Of a DNA stretch of 64,000 nucleotides, positions 34,718 through 48,298 are shown in pieces. Below the pieces are notes generated by a model that worked only from the letters and a program-made list of their open reading frames with translations, was not told the origin of the DNA and made no database searches. Source of the stretch: the human T2T-CHM13v2.0 reference genome, Homo sapiens. The stretch is from assembly GCF_009914755.1 (NCBI RefSeq), contig NC_060932.1. One strand, 5' to 3'. The position numbers and the translations under genes are program-made. The stretch's first letter is position 1. The number at the start of each line of letters is the position of its first letter.

Positions 34718-36768
34718 CTGCAGAAAAATAGTAAACAATGGATTATCATACCAATTGCCCCTAAACTATTACTATGTGAATTAGGAAAATAAAAACCTAT
34801 CAACTCCCCCTTTCACTATTTTTCCAAAATTGAATTTGCTACATGAGTTTCCGGCTACAAAAAAACAATGATTTGTTCCTTTGACTGTGGATCAGGTTGT
34901 TTTACTCATGATGTTTTCAGGGCCTGACCAAGGAACATGATTGGGTTGTAAACTCCAGAAAGCTAGGAAGGATTTCGGTTTGCTGAAATAACTAAGTAAA
35001 TATGCAAAGAGGAACATAATGTGCTAGCCAGGCGAGTCTCTCCCTGCGTGATGCTCAAAACAAGAAATCAGAATGCACAGGACATGTGAAGAGAGCAAAA
35101 TTGGTTACGCTTTCATTTTGTTCCTATTAACTTCATTTAAATGACTCAAGGAGTAAATTCATACTGGTCAGATTAGGACCCAACATGGCATAACTTTTAG
35201 ATCTGCTTTTCTGGTATGGATTCAGAAGGAGAACAAAGGGCAACAAGGAAAATTAGAAGTATCAAATATTTATTAATGTAGCCTGCCTATTCTTCTCCAC
35301 TGCTGTTCTTCTCCCTTTCTTTTATATAACTCTCCTGTTCAGAACTCTGAAGGAGCCTGGTTAATAAAGTCCAAATGCTTGATGTTAAGGCCCTCCACAA
35401 ACTCACTTCTACCTACTGATCTAGTCTTGCTTCTCATTAACTCATGTTTTCATCTAAAACGTTAGACAAACTAGAGTACTCCCTTCCCCAAACACATTTT
35501 TCCCTATTTCTATACCTTTATTCTCACTCTATTTCTCCTTTCTGGAAATGTTCCTCATCAAACCCATCTGTACTCATAAAGGCTATATCTAGTGCAATCT
35601 CCTTTCAAGAAACCTCCCTAAATCCCTTATCTTGGTCCTAAATCACTTATTTCTCCTCCTTGCATCCACAATACATTATTCCTATAAGATACATGGCATC
35701 TTATACTTCATTACAGTTAATTGTATGTCTTACTACCTGAGTCATATTAAATGACTCAGAGCAAAAACTAAATGTACATACTTCTATTTACCACAGTGAT
35801 TAGAAAAGTGCTATCTTTCCATAGTAGATTCTCATGTCCGTTACATTAATTAAATTTGTGCAAAGTTATCTCCTCTGAAAAATATAGCTTACTGACAATT
35901 AAATGACAGAAAATACTAGGACTATACATACATGATGAATTTGGGGATGGAGAGAAAAATGCAGCTGCTTACTGAAATCAACTATAATTTTCAGAAAATT
36001 ATTAGCTCTTTTCTCCTTGGTTTCTTAGGAGACTGAGCCAGACAACTTTTCTATGTGATACATTTGTTAAACAGTGTGTCTGAGGAAGTATGTCTGACAT
36101 TGATAAACTGCTTGAAATTTTGCATTAAAAAGAGGAAGAAATAGAAGAATACATTACTATTGCTTTTAAAAAATGTTGCTCATCATCGATTGTGTGAAGA
36201 TATTTTTTATGGTAGCTAAGGGGATTAAGGCATGTGTACCTGTAGTAAATGAATGGTGAGAGAGATGGAAGGAGAGAGAGAGAAGAGAGAGATAGAGAAG
36301 ATAGATGGAGATTATATAGAGTCACCTCTGACAGAATGACTTACTTTTATTTCCTTCAAGCACAGGCAATAACCTCTCATTTTTCATTGGCTAGAAAATA
36401 TGTCAACAAAATTTTCCTTTACCTGTCCTCTTTTTCTTTCAGTATCTGCCTCACTTATAAGAATAGAGATAAGTCAAATCTCATCCTTTCTCCATATAAA
36501 CTATCATTGTCACAATTCAGAATACAGGAATTTGGAATACATATATTTGGATCTCTCTCCTAAATAATGCACTACTGACAAATAGTACGAAGCAAGTAAT
36601 TTAATTTCAAAACTTTTATAGGCACACGAAAAGAAACATATTTCAGAATATCAATGAGTATTTTAGTAAACATTAAGGTGTTTAACAAGATAATATAGAA
36701 CTTAACTCACTAATATCTCCCTTAGGAGAGAGCTATAGAATTTTTTCTGACTTTTTTCAGTTTTATTT

Positions 36769-37464
36769 ATTTATTTATTTTTTTATTTATTTATTATTTA
36801 TTTATTTATTTATTTTTTTTTTAGTATTTATTGATCATTCTTGGGTGTTTCTCGGAGAGGGGGATTTGGCAAGGTCATAGGACAATAGTGGAGGGAAGGT
36901 CAGCAGATAAACAAGTGAACAAGGGTCTCTGGTTTTCCTAGGCCAAGGACCCTGTGGCCTTCCGCAGTGTTTGTGTCCCTGGGTACTTGAGATTAGGGAG
37001 TGGTGATGACTCTTAACAAGCACGCTGCCTTCAAGCATCTGTTTAACAAAGCACATCTTGCACTGCCCTTAATCCATTTAACCCTGAGTTGATACAGCAC
37101 ATGTTTCAGAGAGTACGGGGTTGGGGGTAAGGTTATAGATTAACAGCATCCCAAGGCAGAAGAATTTTTCTTAGTACAGAACAAAATGGAGTCTCCTATG
37201 TGTACCTCTACACAGACACAGCAACAATCTGATTTCTCTATCTTTTCCCCACATTTCCCCCTTTTCTATTCGACAAAATCGCCATCCTCATCATGGCCCG
37301 TTCTCAATGAGCTGTTGGGTACACCTCCCAGACTGGGTGGTGGCCGGGTAGAGGGGCTCCTCACTTCCCAGACGGAGCGGCAGGGCAGAGGCGCCCCCCA
37401 CCTCCCGGACGGGGCGGCTGGCCGGGCGGGGGCTGCCCCCCACCTCCCTCCTGGACGGGGCGGC
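36769..37464 (-). mobile_element. 5'-truncated SVA (B/C-like): part of the VNTR, SINE-R and A-rich tail
   Basis: SINE-R ttgatcattcttgggtgtttctcggagagggggatttgg; GC-rich VNTR 37325-37464; TSD tttcagt(t/a)ttattt at 36755-36768 and 37465-37478. Confidence 0.97.
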
Positions 37465-37474
37465 TTTCAGTATT

Positions 37475-37770
37475 ATTTTTAATTATAAATTGATACATTA
37501 TAGTTGTATATATTTATGGGTACAAGGTGATGTTATGATTTATGAATATAATGTAAAATGATTAAATCAAGCTAATTAACATATTCATCACCTTAAATAT
37601 TTCTGCGGTGAGAACATTTGAAATGTACTCATGAGTTCAAAGTGTACAATTTTTATTTATTGTCTTCACCATGCTATGCAATATATCTCAAGGTAAAAAA
37701 CAAACAAACAAACAAACAAACAGAAACTCATTCCTCCTGTCTAACTAAAGCTGTACCCTTTGACCATCGT
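37475..37770 (-). mobile_element. L1MA (older, about MA7-9) 3' UTR
   Basis: tagttgtatatatttatgggtacaaggtgatgt...attaaatcaagctaattaacatattcatcacc. Confidence 0.82.
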
Positions 37771-40700
37771 GTCAAAGCCACATTACATTTATGATTTTAC
37801 TTGTGGCACCAGGGAACATTGGCTTCTACATTTTCAAATGCTTCTTTTTAAAATGACCAAATTTTTACATTTACTTTATTAAATATTATAAATCAATAGG
37901 AGTGATAATAATAAAGAGTTCCATCTATCCCCACCCCAATCATGCTTCTAAAAGCTATCACCTTTTAGCACTTCTGGGTTAAGTTCCTCGGTAGGTTATC
38001 TTCATACTGCTAAATAAGTGCTTATACAGCGGCTTCTTAATTTACCACCTTTAGCTCCTGCTATGATTGATGAAGATTTATTTCACACAACTCTCACCAC
38101 CTCTTCTCAATTTTTCTGGTTATAACATTATTTTTAGTACCTGTGCCTTCATAATATATAATATACTTCAATTTCAATTTCTTATTTCATCAACTGTGAA
38201 CTATATCCTTTGACAACTCACTTTGTAACATGACACTGTATGAGGGCAAAATAGTCAAGCTTTCAAATTGTAAGGGTAAGGTGATCACACTTTCTTTCTT
38301 TAATAATTAGAAGGAAGGAGACTGTCTCCCATTCCTCTCCTCCTTCGGGTGCCTCCTTGAAAACATAAGTCTGATAAAGAGTCAGATCTTTTAATGTTAC
38401 AAGGCAAGGTGTGGGCCATCTGCTATTTGGAACGTAAACAAACACATACCTCCAAGGTTAAGAGACGTCTCTCAAATTACACAGGAAACAACCACAAGGC
38501 AAGTTCTCTAGTCTCTCAAGGAGATAGAAGTTTTAATTGTTCTCTCTTCTACTTTTACATATAAATTTGTATGAAATCCTGTCTAGACTTTGTAGATATT
38601 TCCACACTCTCACTACATGCATATAAATCTCCAATGTTTACTTCTTAATAAATGTGTTCTCTCTTTCTCCTATATTGGCATGGGAGGCTGTGGTCGGGAG
38701 GGCAGGGCAGTGTTTTTGCTGACAAAACTATTTTATTTCCCAGCAGTTAGTAGAACTGGTACCCTGCCTTCTCTCTCTCATACCTTATTATTATAAATTT
38801 AATTTTCCACCTTATCAAGGCTAATAAAATTCACATTCTGTTTTGTATTCAAAATACATTCCATACATTACCTGTACATTGACTAAAGTTGAAAGTCAAT
38901 AAAACGGTGCTTAAATTATTATGAATGTGAAGATATTGTTCATTACCAAGTAATATAATGATGGTACAACTTTTTCCTTTTGGTTCTCATGGTACGCCTG
39001 TGCCACTCAAAAAAAGTACATTCCTGGCCTCAAAATCAAAAGGAAATCCTCCTCGCTCAAATCATGCTTTATGTTAATTTACCTCATATTTGAATTATAT
39101 TTTTCTTATATATTTTTGAGGCTGTCTTTTTTTCTTTTTGAGAGAATTAATGTACATTCTCTTCATAATATCCCTAATGACTACAGCTTCCTACTTGCTC
39201 TAGTTAGTTCTCAAAATGCATATTATTATTGAAGACATTATTCTTAGAGCCCACTGTACCATTCTAATTTGTACCAACTTTTTAGAAAGAGCTCTGCTAT
39301 ACAGCTGTTATGTTGTAATTTCTTTTATTTTATGCCTCAATTAATCCTATCACTTTTGTATTCTCTATCTTTTCCTTTCTTAATTTTCAGCATTATTTTC
39401 CTGGAATATACTCTCAAGTAACTTTGTCATAAAGTATGCCTAGGTTAAGTTTCCCTGTTATTGCATATGGAGAGATGACTTTAATTCTAAACTGATTGAA
39501 AATTTGACTGAGACTATAGTTGTAGACGCAAAGTTATTTTCCTCCCAAACTTTTAAAAGTCTTCCTCACTTGTATTCTCTGACATTTTAACTGTGACTGA
39601 TGAGAGGTCTGGCATAGTTTAATCATTGCTCTTTTGTTGGTGATTTTGTTGTTGTTGGCTTTGATTTTTGGTGACTTTTTAATCTATAATCCTTTTCTTC
39701 AGGTAGTCAAGTCTGTGACACCTTTGGGGTCTTCTTCATCAATTACCACACTCACTAGCTTCCATGCAGCTAGGATTTGTTAATAGCTTTGATTAGTGAA
39801 AAAAGAAAAAAAGCCAAGACTTTGCCTTCAGAAATCTTTACAAGCTGAGCCAAAATAGAGAAGCTGCCAAAGAGAGAATGGTGTGTCAGAAGCCAGAGAA
39901 AGGGAGACCTCCACAGTGTCACAAAGGGAATGAAATTTTACGGTTTCCTGACTTTGACTTCATCCTGGAGCAGTGAAAGCCTAATCTCACAATTAATTAT
40001 TTCTACAACTTTCTCCATTCCCAGTCAGAAATGCACTCTCATGTCTGCTCCTACACCACATTTTCACAAAGTACTTTTGAACTTCACTTAGGCCCTTCTG
40101 CCTAACAATTTCCCAGTCTCCGACCACAGCTCCTTTGCTTCCAGTTCCTACATCCCTTTCTCCACTCATAGTTGCACTTTAATTTCATCATAATCCCCCA
40201 TCTTTTCGAGGCTGGCTTTGCTTTCTTGCCTGTCCATCACTTCAACTGCCTTATTTCAATGCTGTTAACTTATTACCTGTTTTGGGTTTTTCACTTCAAC
40301 ATCCTCCAATGACTCACATTTCTATGGAATTACTGAGCACTGTTAGAGTAAAACCACGATGCAATGCTATGCATACTGTTTCTACTATAAATTAATGATC
40401 TCCAGCCTGAGGGGGGCCCTCAATGCTATATGATAATTCAAATAGACATAGTATTTTCCCCTTGATAGTGGCAATTACATTTGTGCCATTGCTTATCATG
40501 TTTCCCATTACCAACTGGTTTGCTTCTCCCGTCTCAAGGAGAATGAAAGCGATAGAAAATATATGCCCTCATCTATCCTTTTATATCTAATGATCTGCTT
40601 CCCTTCATCTTTGATAGTGCCAGGCAAAGGAAGTGATGGCTTTTACATATAGAGTAAGGAACATATTTATGGACTTGTACTAAGTGTGATCATAGTCCAC

Positions 40701-41563
40701 AAATAAAGGCTAAAAAGTAGAAATCATAGAGGCCACATTTTCTTACAACAAAACTGTAAAATATAAAGTAAAATTAGGCTATTATGCCAGCATGTCTATA
40801 GCATTTGCTAGTTTCATGGACTATTATAAATATATTATACATAATATGTTTTACATAAATATTATATCTATAGATATATATATAGAGAGAGAGATTTTAA
40901 TTTTTGCATCAATCTTTTGGAGTAAAATAAGAAATATGAAGCCAAACAAGTTTAAGTAATTTGTTCAAGTTCACACAGCTCTCAGATATAGACTCAGGAT
41001 ATAAACCTGGACAGTATGACTCAAGTTTCCTCACACTTAATCATCATGACATATTGCATTTTCACTCAAGGAAACCCCACATACTAAGAAATTTTTTTAA
41101 TTCCTGTATATATCTATTGTTTTACAAAGAAAATATGCAGGAAAAAATAGTTTACCAAGCAGTAAAATTGTAGAAGACAATTCACAAATTTTCATAATCC
41201 AATTAATATTTTAAAAGGAAAAACTAATGCTCTTAATCTTTAGAACAACTCAAAAATCTAAATTATGAGTCACATGAATTATTTTTGCTATATGCAATCA
41301 TAGAAAATTTTTTGTAGAGAAATCCTTTAGGATCTCTCTTTTGGGACTATAATTCTTCCACGAGCAAAGGCCACTATAGCACTCTATTAATTGACCCAGA
41401 GAACTGCCCCATATTCCTTAGCTGCAAGAAGATTTGTATCTAATAATGCTACTTTGCCACCTGAAAAATGTAGGCAACTGAGGAACTTTCTGGATTAAAA
41501 AAATAATATTTTAAATAATTATAACCATTAGAACACACAGTCATTCTGAACACTAATTCTGAT

Positions 41564-41746
41564 TAGGTTACCTGATTTAGTAAATAAAAATACAGGATGT
41601 CCAGTTAAATTTGAATTTCCAATAAATAACAAAAGCTTTTAGAATAAGTATGTTTCATGCAAACATTAGGACATACTTATACTAAGAGACTGCTTATCTA
41701 AAATTCAAATTTAAATAAGTGCCTTGTATTTTATCTGTCCATGCTA
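41564..41746 (+). mobile_element. MER53 palindromic hAT MITE
   Basis: taaataaaaatacaggatgtccagttaaatttgaattt...ataagtatgt/acatacttat...aaattcaaatttaa...tgtattttatctg. Confidence 0.9.
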
Positions 41747-42182
41747 GGATTCAGTCAAAATATGAAATTTCAATTAATATTTTGATTTTAATTTACCAAA
41801 CAAGGTACAGACATGCCATCATACCCTTTTATTTGCTTTTTCCTCTATAATTATCCTGAAACTTTAGTTATTACCATGTAATTATGCTGAAATGTAGTTA
41901 TTGTAAGGAATCATTGCAGATGCCCCTTATATAATTACAATTAATGAATGTCTAATTAAATTATAAGTTCAAAGACACATAAATTTCTTTCTCAAAAAAA
42001 CCGTACTGAAACATAAGTAGTGTAGAGTTCTAAAGTGCATAAAATATTTGAAATAGAGAAAAATTATCTTCTATTTTCAAAAGGGCATAAGGCATTTTAG
42101 TTGTGAAGCTATTTGTATATCTATTGCTATAAAATTATTAGTCATTCTATAACTGTAATTACATAGACACTTATTAAATATA

Positions 42183-42490
42183 GGCCAGGCATGGTGGCTT
42201 ATAATCGCTTGTAATCCCAGCACTTTGGGAGGCTGAGGTGGGTGGATCACCTGAGGTCAGGAGTTCGAGACCAGCCTGACCAACATGGTGAAACCCTATC
42301 TCTACTGAAAATACAAAAATTAGCCTGGCGTAGTGGCATGTGCCTGTAGTCTCAGCTATTCAGGTGGCTGAGAAAGGAGAATCACTTGATCCCAGGAGGC
42401 GGAGGCTGCAGTGAGCTGAGATTATGCCACTGCACTCTAGCCTGGGTGACAGAGCAAGACTCTGTCTCAAAAAATAAATAGATAAATATA
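42183..42490 (+). mobile_element. AluSx
   Basis: Dimeric Alu, gatcacctgaggtcaggagttcgagaccagcctg. Confidence 0.95.
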
Positions 42491-42523
42491 ATAGAAAGGT
42501 ATGGATAATTTACAATATTAGTT

Positions 42524-42820
42524 CTTTTGTTGTGTTGTGTTGTGTTTTTTTTAAGATAGGGTCTTGCCCTGTCACCCAGGCCAGAGTGAAGTGGTGTAAT
42601 CATAGCTCACTGAAGCCTCAAATTCCTTGGATCAAGCAATCCTCCTGCCTCAGTCTCCCAAGTAGCTGGGAGGTGCATGCCACCACACCTGGCTAATTTT
42701 TTAATTTTTAGTATAGATGAGGGTTTCCTTTGTTGCCCAGGCAGGCCTGGTCTCAAGCAGTCCTCCTGCCTTGGCCTCCGAAAGTGCTGGCATTATAAGC
42801 ATGAGCCACTGCACCTGGCC
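42524..42820 (-). mobile_element. AluJ
   Basis: J diagnostics agggtcttgccctgtc, atcatagctcactg, caagcaatcctcc; (TTGTG)n tail. Confidence 0.92.
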
Positions 42821-43120
42821 TACATTTTCAAAATTAAAAAAAATTAAACATATAAAAATTTCTTTTTACAATAATTATTAATTCTACAGCTTCCTATGAG
42901 TTGAAAAATATACAGGTTAATATTTTATATAATTACCTAATGCTGGGATTTTTTTCCATTAGAGACCTAAATTGTTATATATGTTTTTTAAAGTGCGAAA
43001 AGAAAGATCACCTTTAATAGTCTCAAAAAATAAATAGTTAAATGATTCTAAAGGCTCCAAGGCACCTCTTAGATTTTAACATATAAAAATACAGCTTTCT
43101 GCTCAAACCCTGTCCAAAGT

Positions 43121-43918
43121 ATCCAAGAATAACTAATGCCCCAAAATAGTGACTTAAAATCAAGTCTGTTATGGCAAATATATAGAAACCCATGTGACAC
43201 TGAAAAAATACTCTAAATTTCTTCAGGTAAGCTGAAAAGTAAATTCAAAATACTATTCTTACTAGTAGTGTCTAAAAAAGGGGCTAGGAGCGGGATTTGC
43301 ACCTGCATAGCCTTAAAAATTCTCCTAGTTTTACTGGATACCTCCTGCCAGTTCCCAAAACACTAGTAAGTTGTGACTTACCCACCCACACACCACTTTG
43401 TTGAGTTGTTATTCTAAAATGGTAGTGGTTTAGTTAACTTTTGTTAAGCCTTATGTCATCTTTAAATATTAGATGTGAGAAATTAAAAAGCAAAATACTC
43501 TCATATAATTTCTAATTATCTCATACATATTGAGCCATATTGAATCAGGTCACTCATTCTCCCAAATATAAAAACAGTATTTACTTGTTTGTATGTACTC
43601 CAAAGAGGCTTGGGGAGCACTGTGGGCATTATGGAAGAGAAATTGGAACTTGCCATTATAGAAAGAGAAATGCATGATACACAGTCACTTCTGATGGACT
43701 TGGGAAGCCCAAAATATAAACCATGCTGCAGAAAGGTACAACAGGGTCCCTGAGAGGGAATTCAACATAAGACAAGAAGGAACGTAAATGACTAACTAAA
43801 GTCATTTACTAACTAAAATGTGAGGTCTGTGGAATGCAGAAGAGGAGTGATTCCAGGCATCCAAGAAAAACTAATGCCCAAAGATACTGACTTAAAACCA
43901 AGTCCGTTATGACAAACA
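43121..43918. repeat. Dispersed 60-bp direct repeat (43121-43180 / 43859-43918)
   Basis: 52/60 identical without gaps. Confidence 0.9.
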
Positions 43919-44589
43919 GAATCATTCCAGGTATAGAACTGCCAGGAACAGAAAGCCTTCTTAACCCAGCACCCAACCATGAGTGCATCCCCAAGGCTGA
44001 ATGTGTGAAGTGAGGCGATTTTGAAATGCTTTGGAACTTGAGTAATTCTGCCAGTAGATCCCTCCATAAATTGGAGATGGAAAAAAAGAAAGAGGCGTTC
44101 ATTTCTGAATTCATGGGACAATTTTTGGCCATGCGAACTCTCTGCTGGTAACAGGAATTCAGAGTAGTGTCTAGAGTAGCTAACACTGCCAGCTAATGTG
44201 TCACATCAGTTGTCAATCATGTTAACAGATCTCAAGTATAAAGAACACTAGGGCATTGTGGGAGCAGAGGGCAACTGAGAGTAACAAGGACAGGATGGCT
44301 GGGACCTCTACCTTAGGATGTAGAGCCATCAAATTGACATCTGGGAAATATCAGTGTCTTAGATTGTTTCATGGATATAGATGTACACATGCTCACACAT
44401 ATACATACACACACACAAAAAAAATTCCCTCGGAATTTCTAGAAATACTACAAAGAACTAGAATTTATAAGTAAGACTTAGAGCTCCAGATAAATGAGTA
44501 GCAGTACTAACATAACTTCTATTTATGACCTTGGATTGATGGGGTCTGTAACATTCAACATACTGCTTTCATGTCAGTAAAGTACAACC

Positions 44590-45260
44590 AAGATACACTC
44601 TATTTCAATAAATGGTACTCTCATCCACTAAATTATTCAAACCAGAAATCATGGATGTATCATTTTTTGCTCTTTATTCCTCACCTCTCATACCCCAAGT
44701 TGTGTCAATTTCACTTGTTAAGTATCTCAGAATCTGTTCCCTGTACCACAGCCCTACTGTCAACACCCATGTTGAAGTCACCATCCTCTCTAGCATGGAC
44801 TGGTAGGAAAACCAGCTCGTTTGCTTCCCTTCATCTCCTCTTGCTCCCTATCTTCTATTTTCTTTATTGCTGTGGTAGTAATATGTTTTAAATGCAATTC
44901 TGTTCATGGCCCTCCCTTACTTAAAGTCTTTTTATGGTTTCTCATTCTTCTTATCATACAGACCAAAATCTTTAACCTTGCACTGTGATTTAGGCTCTCT
45001 CTGCCTTCCTCACCAATCTTGGGAAACATTTAGCACATAGACAGGATAAATCCCAATATTCCACACTCTCTAAGCAATGTGTTTCTCTCCTTATGACCAC
45101 AAGAAACCAATAATTAGTCATTTAAGTTATAATATATGCTATTATTTGTCATTATTTGTTTAATGTATGTCTTCCCTGCTAAACTATAAGCTGCTCGTAA
45201 ACCTAGTCTCTATCTGTATTTCCCCCAACCTCATCCCCAGTGTCTATATGGTAAGGCCTA
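44590..45260 (+). mobile_element. L2 LINE 3' fragment
   Basis: aaatggtactctcatccacta...aaccagaaatcatgg; tttaatgtatgtcttccctgctaaactataagct. Confidence 0.6.
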
Positions 45261-46229
45261 TACTTAGAAGAGAAATATTTACTATACAAATAAAAAAAGT
45301 ATGAATATTTCTGAATCCCCCATAAGTAGTTATTACAATGAGGATTTGCTCTCATCCAATGTATTTGTACTTTCCCACTGGGAAAAAAAGTTGAATTAAA
45401 TAGATTTTTTAAACATTTAAGTAGATTTTATATCCTTTCTAGGAAAATTCATTTGAATATTCACACCTTCTTCTCCTGCCAACATGTTTCAAAGTCACAC
45501 ACTGAGAAAATTCTGAGAACAGCTGGCTGGAACATTTCTTGATTTTTTAAAAACTTATATAGGAAATAAGTAAAGATAAAATCATAAAGATCAGGTCTGC
45601 ATATTGTCTTCTTAAAGAAGAAAAGCTCAGTAATTCACCCTTTCACTTGAGTTTGCTTGAAAGAAACCAGCACATTACAAATTCTAGAAAATCTCCTTAC
45701 TTAAAGGTTAGATAGTGTTAGGAGGCCTCAGTTATTTTTCCTTTGATGTTGAGGCAAGCCAAGGCTACTGAAAAGCCATTGAAGTTGGTAGAAGCTGACA
45801 ACCATTCCAAAAAGTGGGGTTTGTATACAAGGGAGAAACAGTAAAGAGCCGCTACATTATGTTCAGATGTTCATACTATACTCCTAGTTTCTTTAGTGTT
45901 ACTGCTAATCATGGCAATTTAAATGATGAGAATAGATAAGAAACAAGGCACCATTTAAATAGATCATTTAAGCTTACGGTAAAATTTAATCACTACCTCC
46001 AATTACAAAGAAAGGGAAATTACAAAAGAAATTATTTCAAGTATATTAGTAGTGACTACCATCTTACTGACACTATTTGAATGGATATAAACAAATAAAA
46101 CATCTTAAAAAGAGAAGGGCAGTGATTTCTGACACCTTACATTGTCTAACACACTCACACAAAACACGCTGCCTTATATAACTAGGTCTAAAAGAAATCA
46201 ACTAAAACAACAAAAATTAAGATAGCATG

Positions 46230-46613
46230 TGCATTAATTTTCTAGGGCTACCATGGCAAAGTACCACAGACTGGATAGTTTAAACAACAGACATTTATTT
46301 CCTCTCGGTTCTGGAAGCTGAGAAGTCCCAGATCAAGATGTCGGCAGGGTTGTTTTCTTCTGAGAGCCTCTCTTCTAGGCTGGTAGATGGCCATCTGCTT
46401 CTACTGTTTCCACAAGGTCATCTTTCCGTGTCTGTGCTCTAATCTCCGCTAATAAGGACACCAGTCATTTACTTTAGGGTCCACCCCTCTGGTCACATTT
46501 TACCTTGATTATCTTTCTAAAGGCCCTATCTCCAAACACAGTCACATTCGGAAATACTGGTGGTTAGGACTTAAACATATGAATTTTGAAGAGACATAAT
46601 TTAGTCCATAACA
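46230..46613 (-). mobile_element. MLT1B MaLR solo LTR
   Basis: agtaccacagactggatagtttaaacaacagacatttattt...ttagtccataaca; perfect TSD gcatg at 46225-46229 and 46614-46618. Confidence 0.92.
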
Positions 46614-47335
46614 GCATGCCTGTTAAAAAGTGATGTATTTTCCTTCTGTTTCCTATTTTTTGGGACAGAATTCACGTGCTATAAAATTCACTCTTTTAAA
46701 GTGTACAATTATATTTATAGGATTCTTTGGGATAGGAGTCTACCTATATTTGCTTCCAAGAGGAGGCTTGTGTTTTCTCTACTTTTTCTTTCAATCATTT
46801 TGAGCTTTATTTAACACTTGTCCCGCCAGCTATCATTAGTGATACTTTATGGTGGCAATTTGGTTTAAGAAAAAAAAATAGATGGTTTGGTGAAAGTCTG
46901 GGCTCTATAGCCCTCATGAATTAAGTGTTATTGACCTCTCTTTAAAGTGAGCCCCAACATTCTCCCAGCCTAAACCTCAGAGGTGGGAAGCTGGGGCCTA
47001 AGCACTAAAGTTTCGTTATCCAGCCACGCGGCAGCAAGGAGAATCAGCTCCTTGAGGGCTGAGATGATTTCCACTTCATAGTACAAAGTCACTTAATAAG
47101 GATGCACACAACTTGGCTTTCCTTTCTTTAAGAGAATGTACAGAATTTAGCACAAAAGGGAATATAAGTGCAAACTCACAGAGTTTCTTCTTAAGTATGA
47201 GCTTGTGAAAACTCAACAGCTTTCAGAATATGACGTGAAGAATTTAGTCATGATACTGGTGAAAGTGAGAAGGCACCATGTATTTATAGTACTTGAATCA
47301 AATTTTTACATGCTTATCAAATTTTAATTTGGTAA

Positions 47336-47660
<325 letters not shown>

Positions 47661-48298
47661 TATTCTTCTATTTTCTACCTTTAATTTCTTACCACTTTAA
47701 CTCAATGGCTTATTTAAACCATGGAATTCAAGTATATATGAGCTTATTTCTGAACTCAAACACCAATTGTTTAAATGATGGTGGGTCATGGCAAGAAACT
47801 GTCTATTCCTCCACTGGTTTTCCATAACGGAAAGATGGCATCCACAAAACTCTCCTCCAGAAGAAAATACACTGAGGCAGGCATTGACATTGGGTAAAAG
47901 AGGAGCTGAGCACAAACGTCCCTAAGCTATATTCTCATAATGGTTGGTCGTAATGGTTGGTCATTGTCTTGCCGATTAGAATACCTCTTTGTTAAAATAC
48001 AGCTTTTTTTCTACTTTCTCCTTAAGTGATTTGTTTGTATGTTTTCTACTGTCCTGAATGTTCAACCTTGCTTTCTCTATAATAAAAGAAGTAATGTGTA
48101 TATTCTCAAACAGAAAATCAGATAGACTATAACACACATACACACATACAGATGATAATACAGAAAGTGTCTATACAATGATAATACTGAAAGTGTATTC
48201 AAAGATACTTTCTTTGTAAGAGTTGGAGTCATAGTCTTTAAATTATTCCCCTGAAGCTGTCTCTCACACACAAAAAAAGGTCAAGAATCATCTCACCC

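Noticed and set aside
36835-37056. Identification of the locus as LEPR
   Set aside because: The peptide is generic SVA SINE-R sequence, differs from the recalled LEPR isoform, and no LEPR exons are recognisable in the window
43809-44186. Overlapping 125-aa and 102-aa minus-strand ORFs
   Set aside because: No homology recognised; length compatible with chance
47938-47962. Short tandem duplications (taatggttggtc twice; also near 18818, 31781 and 4642)
   Set aside because: Ordinary slippage duplications
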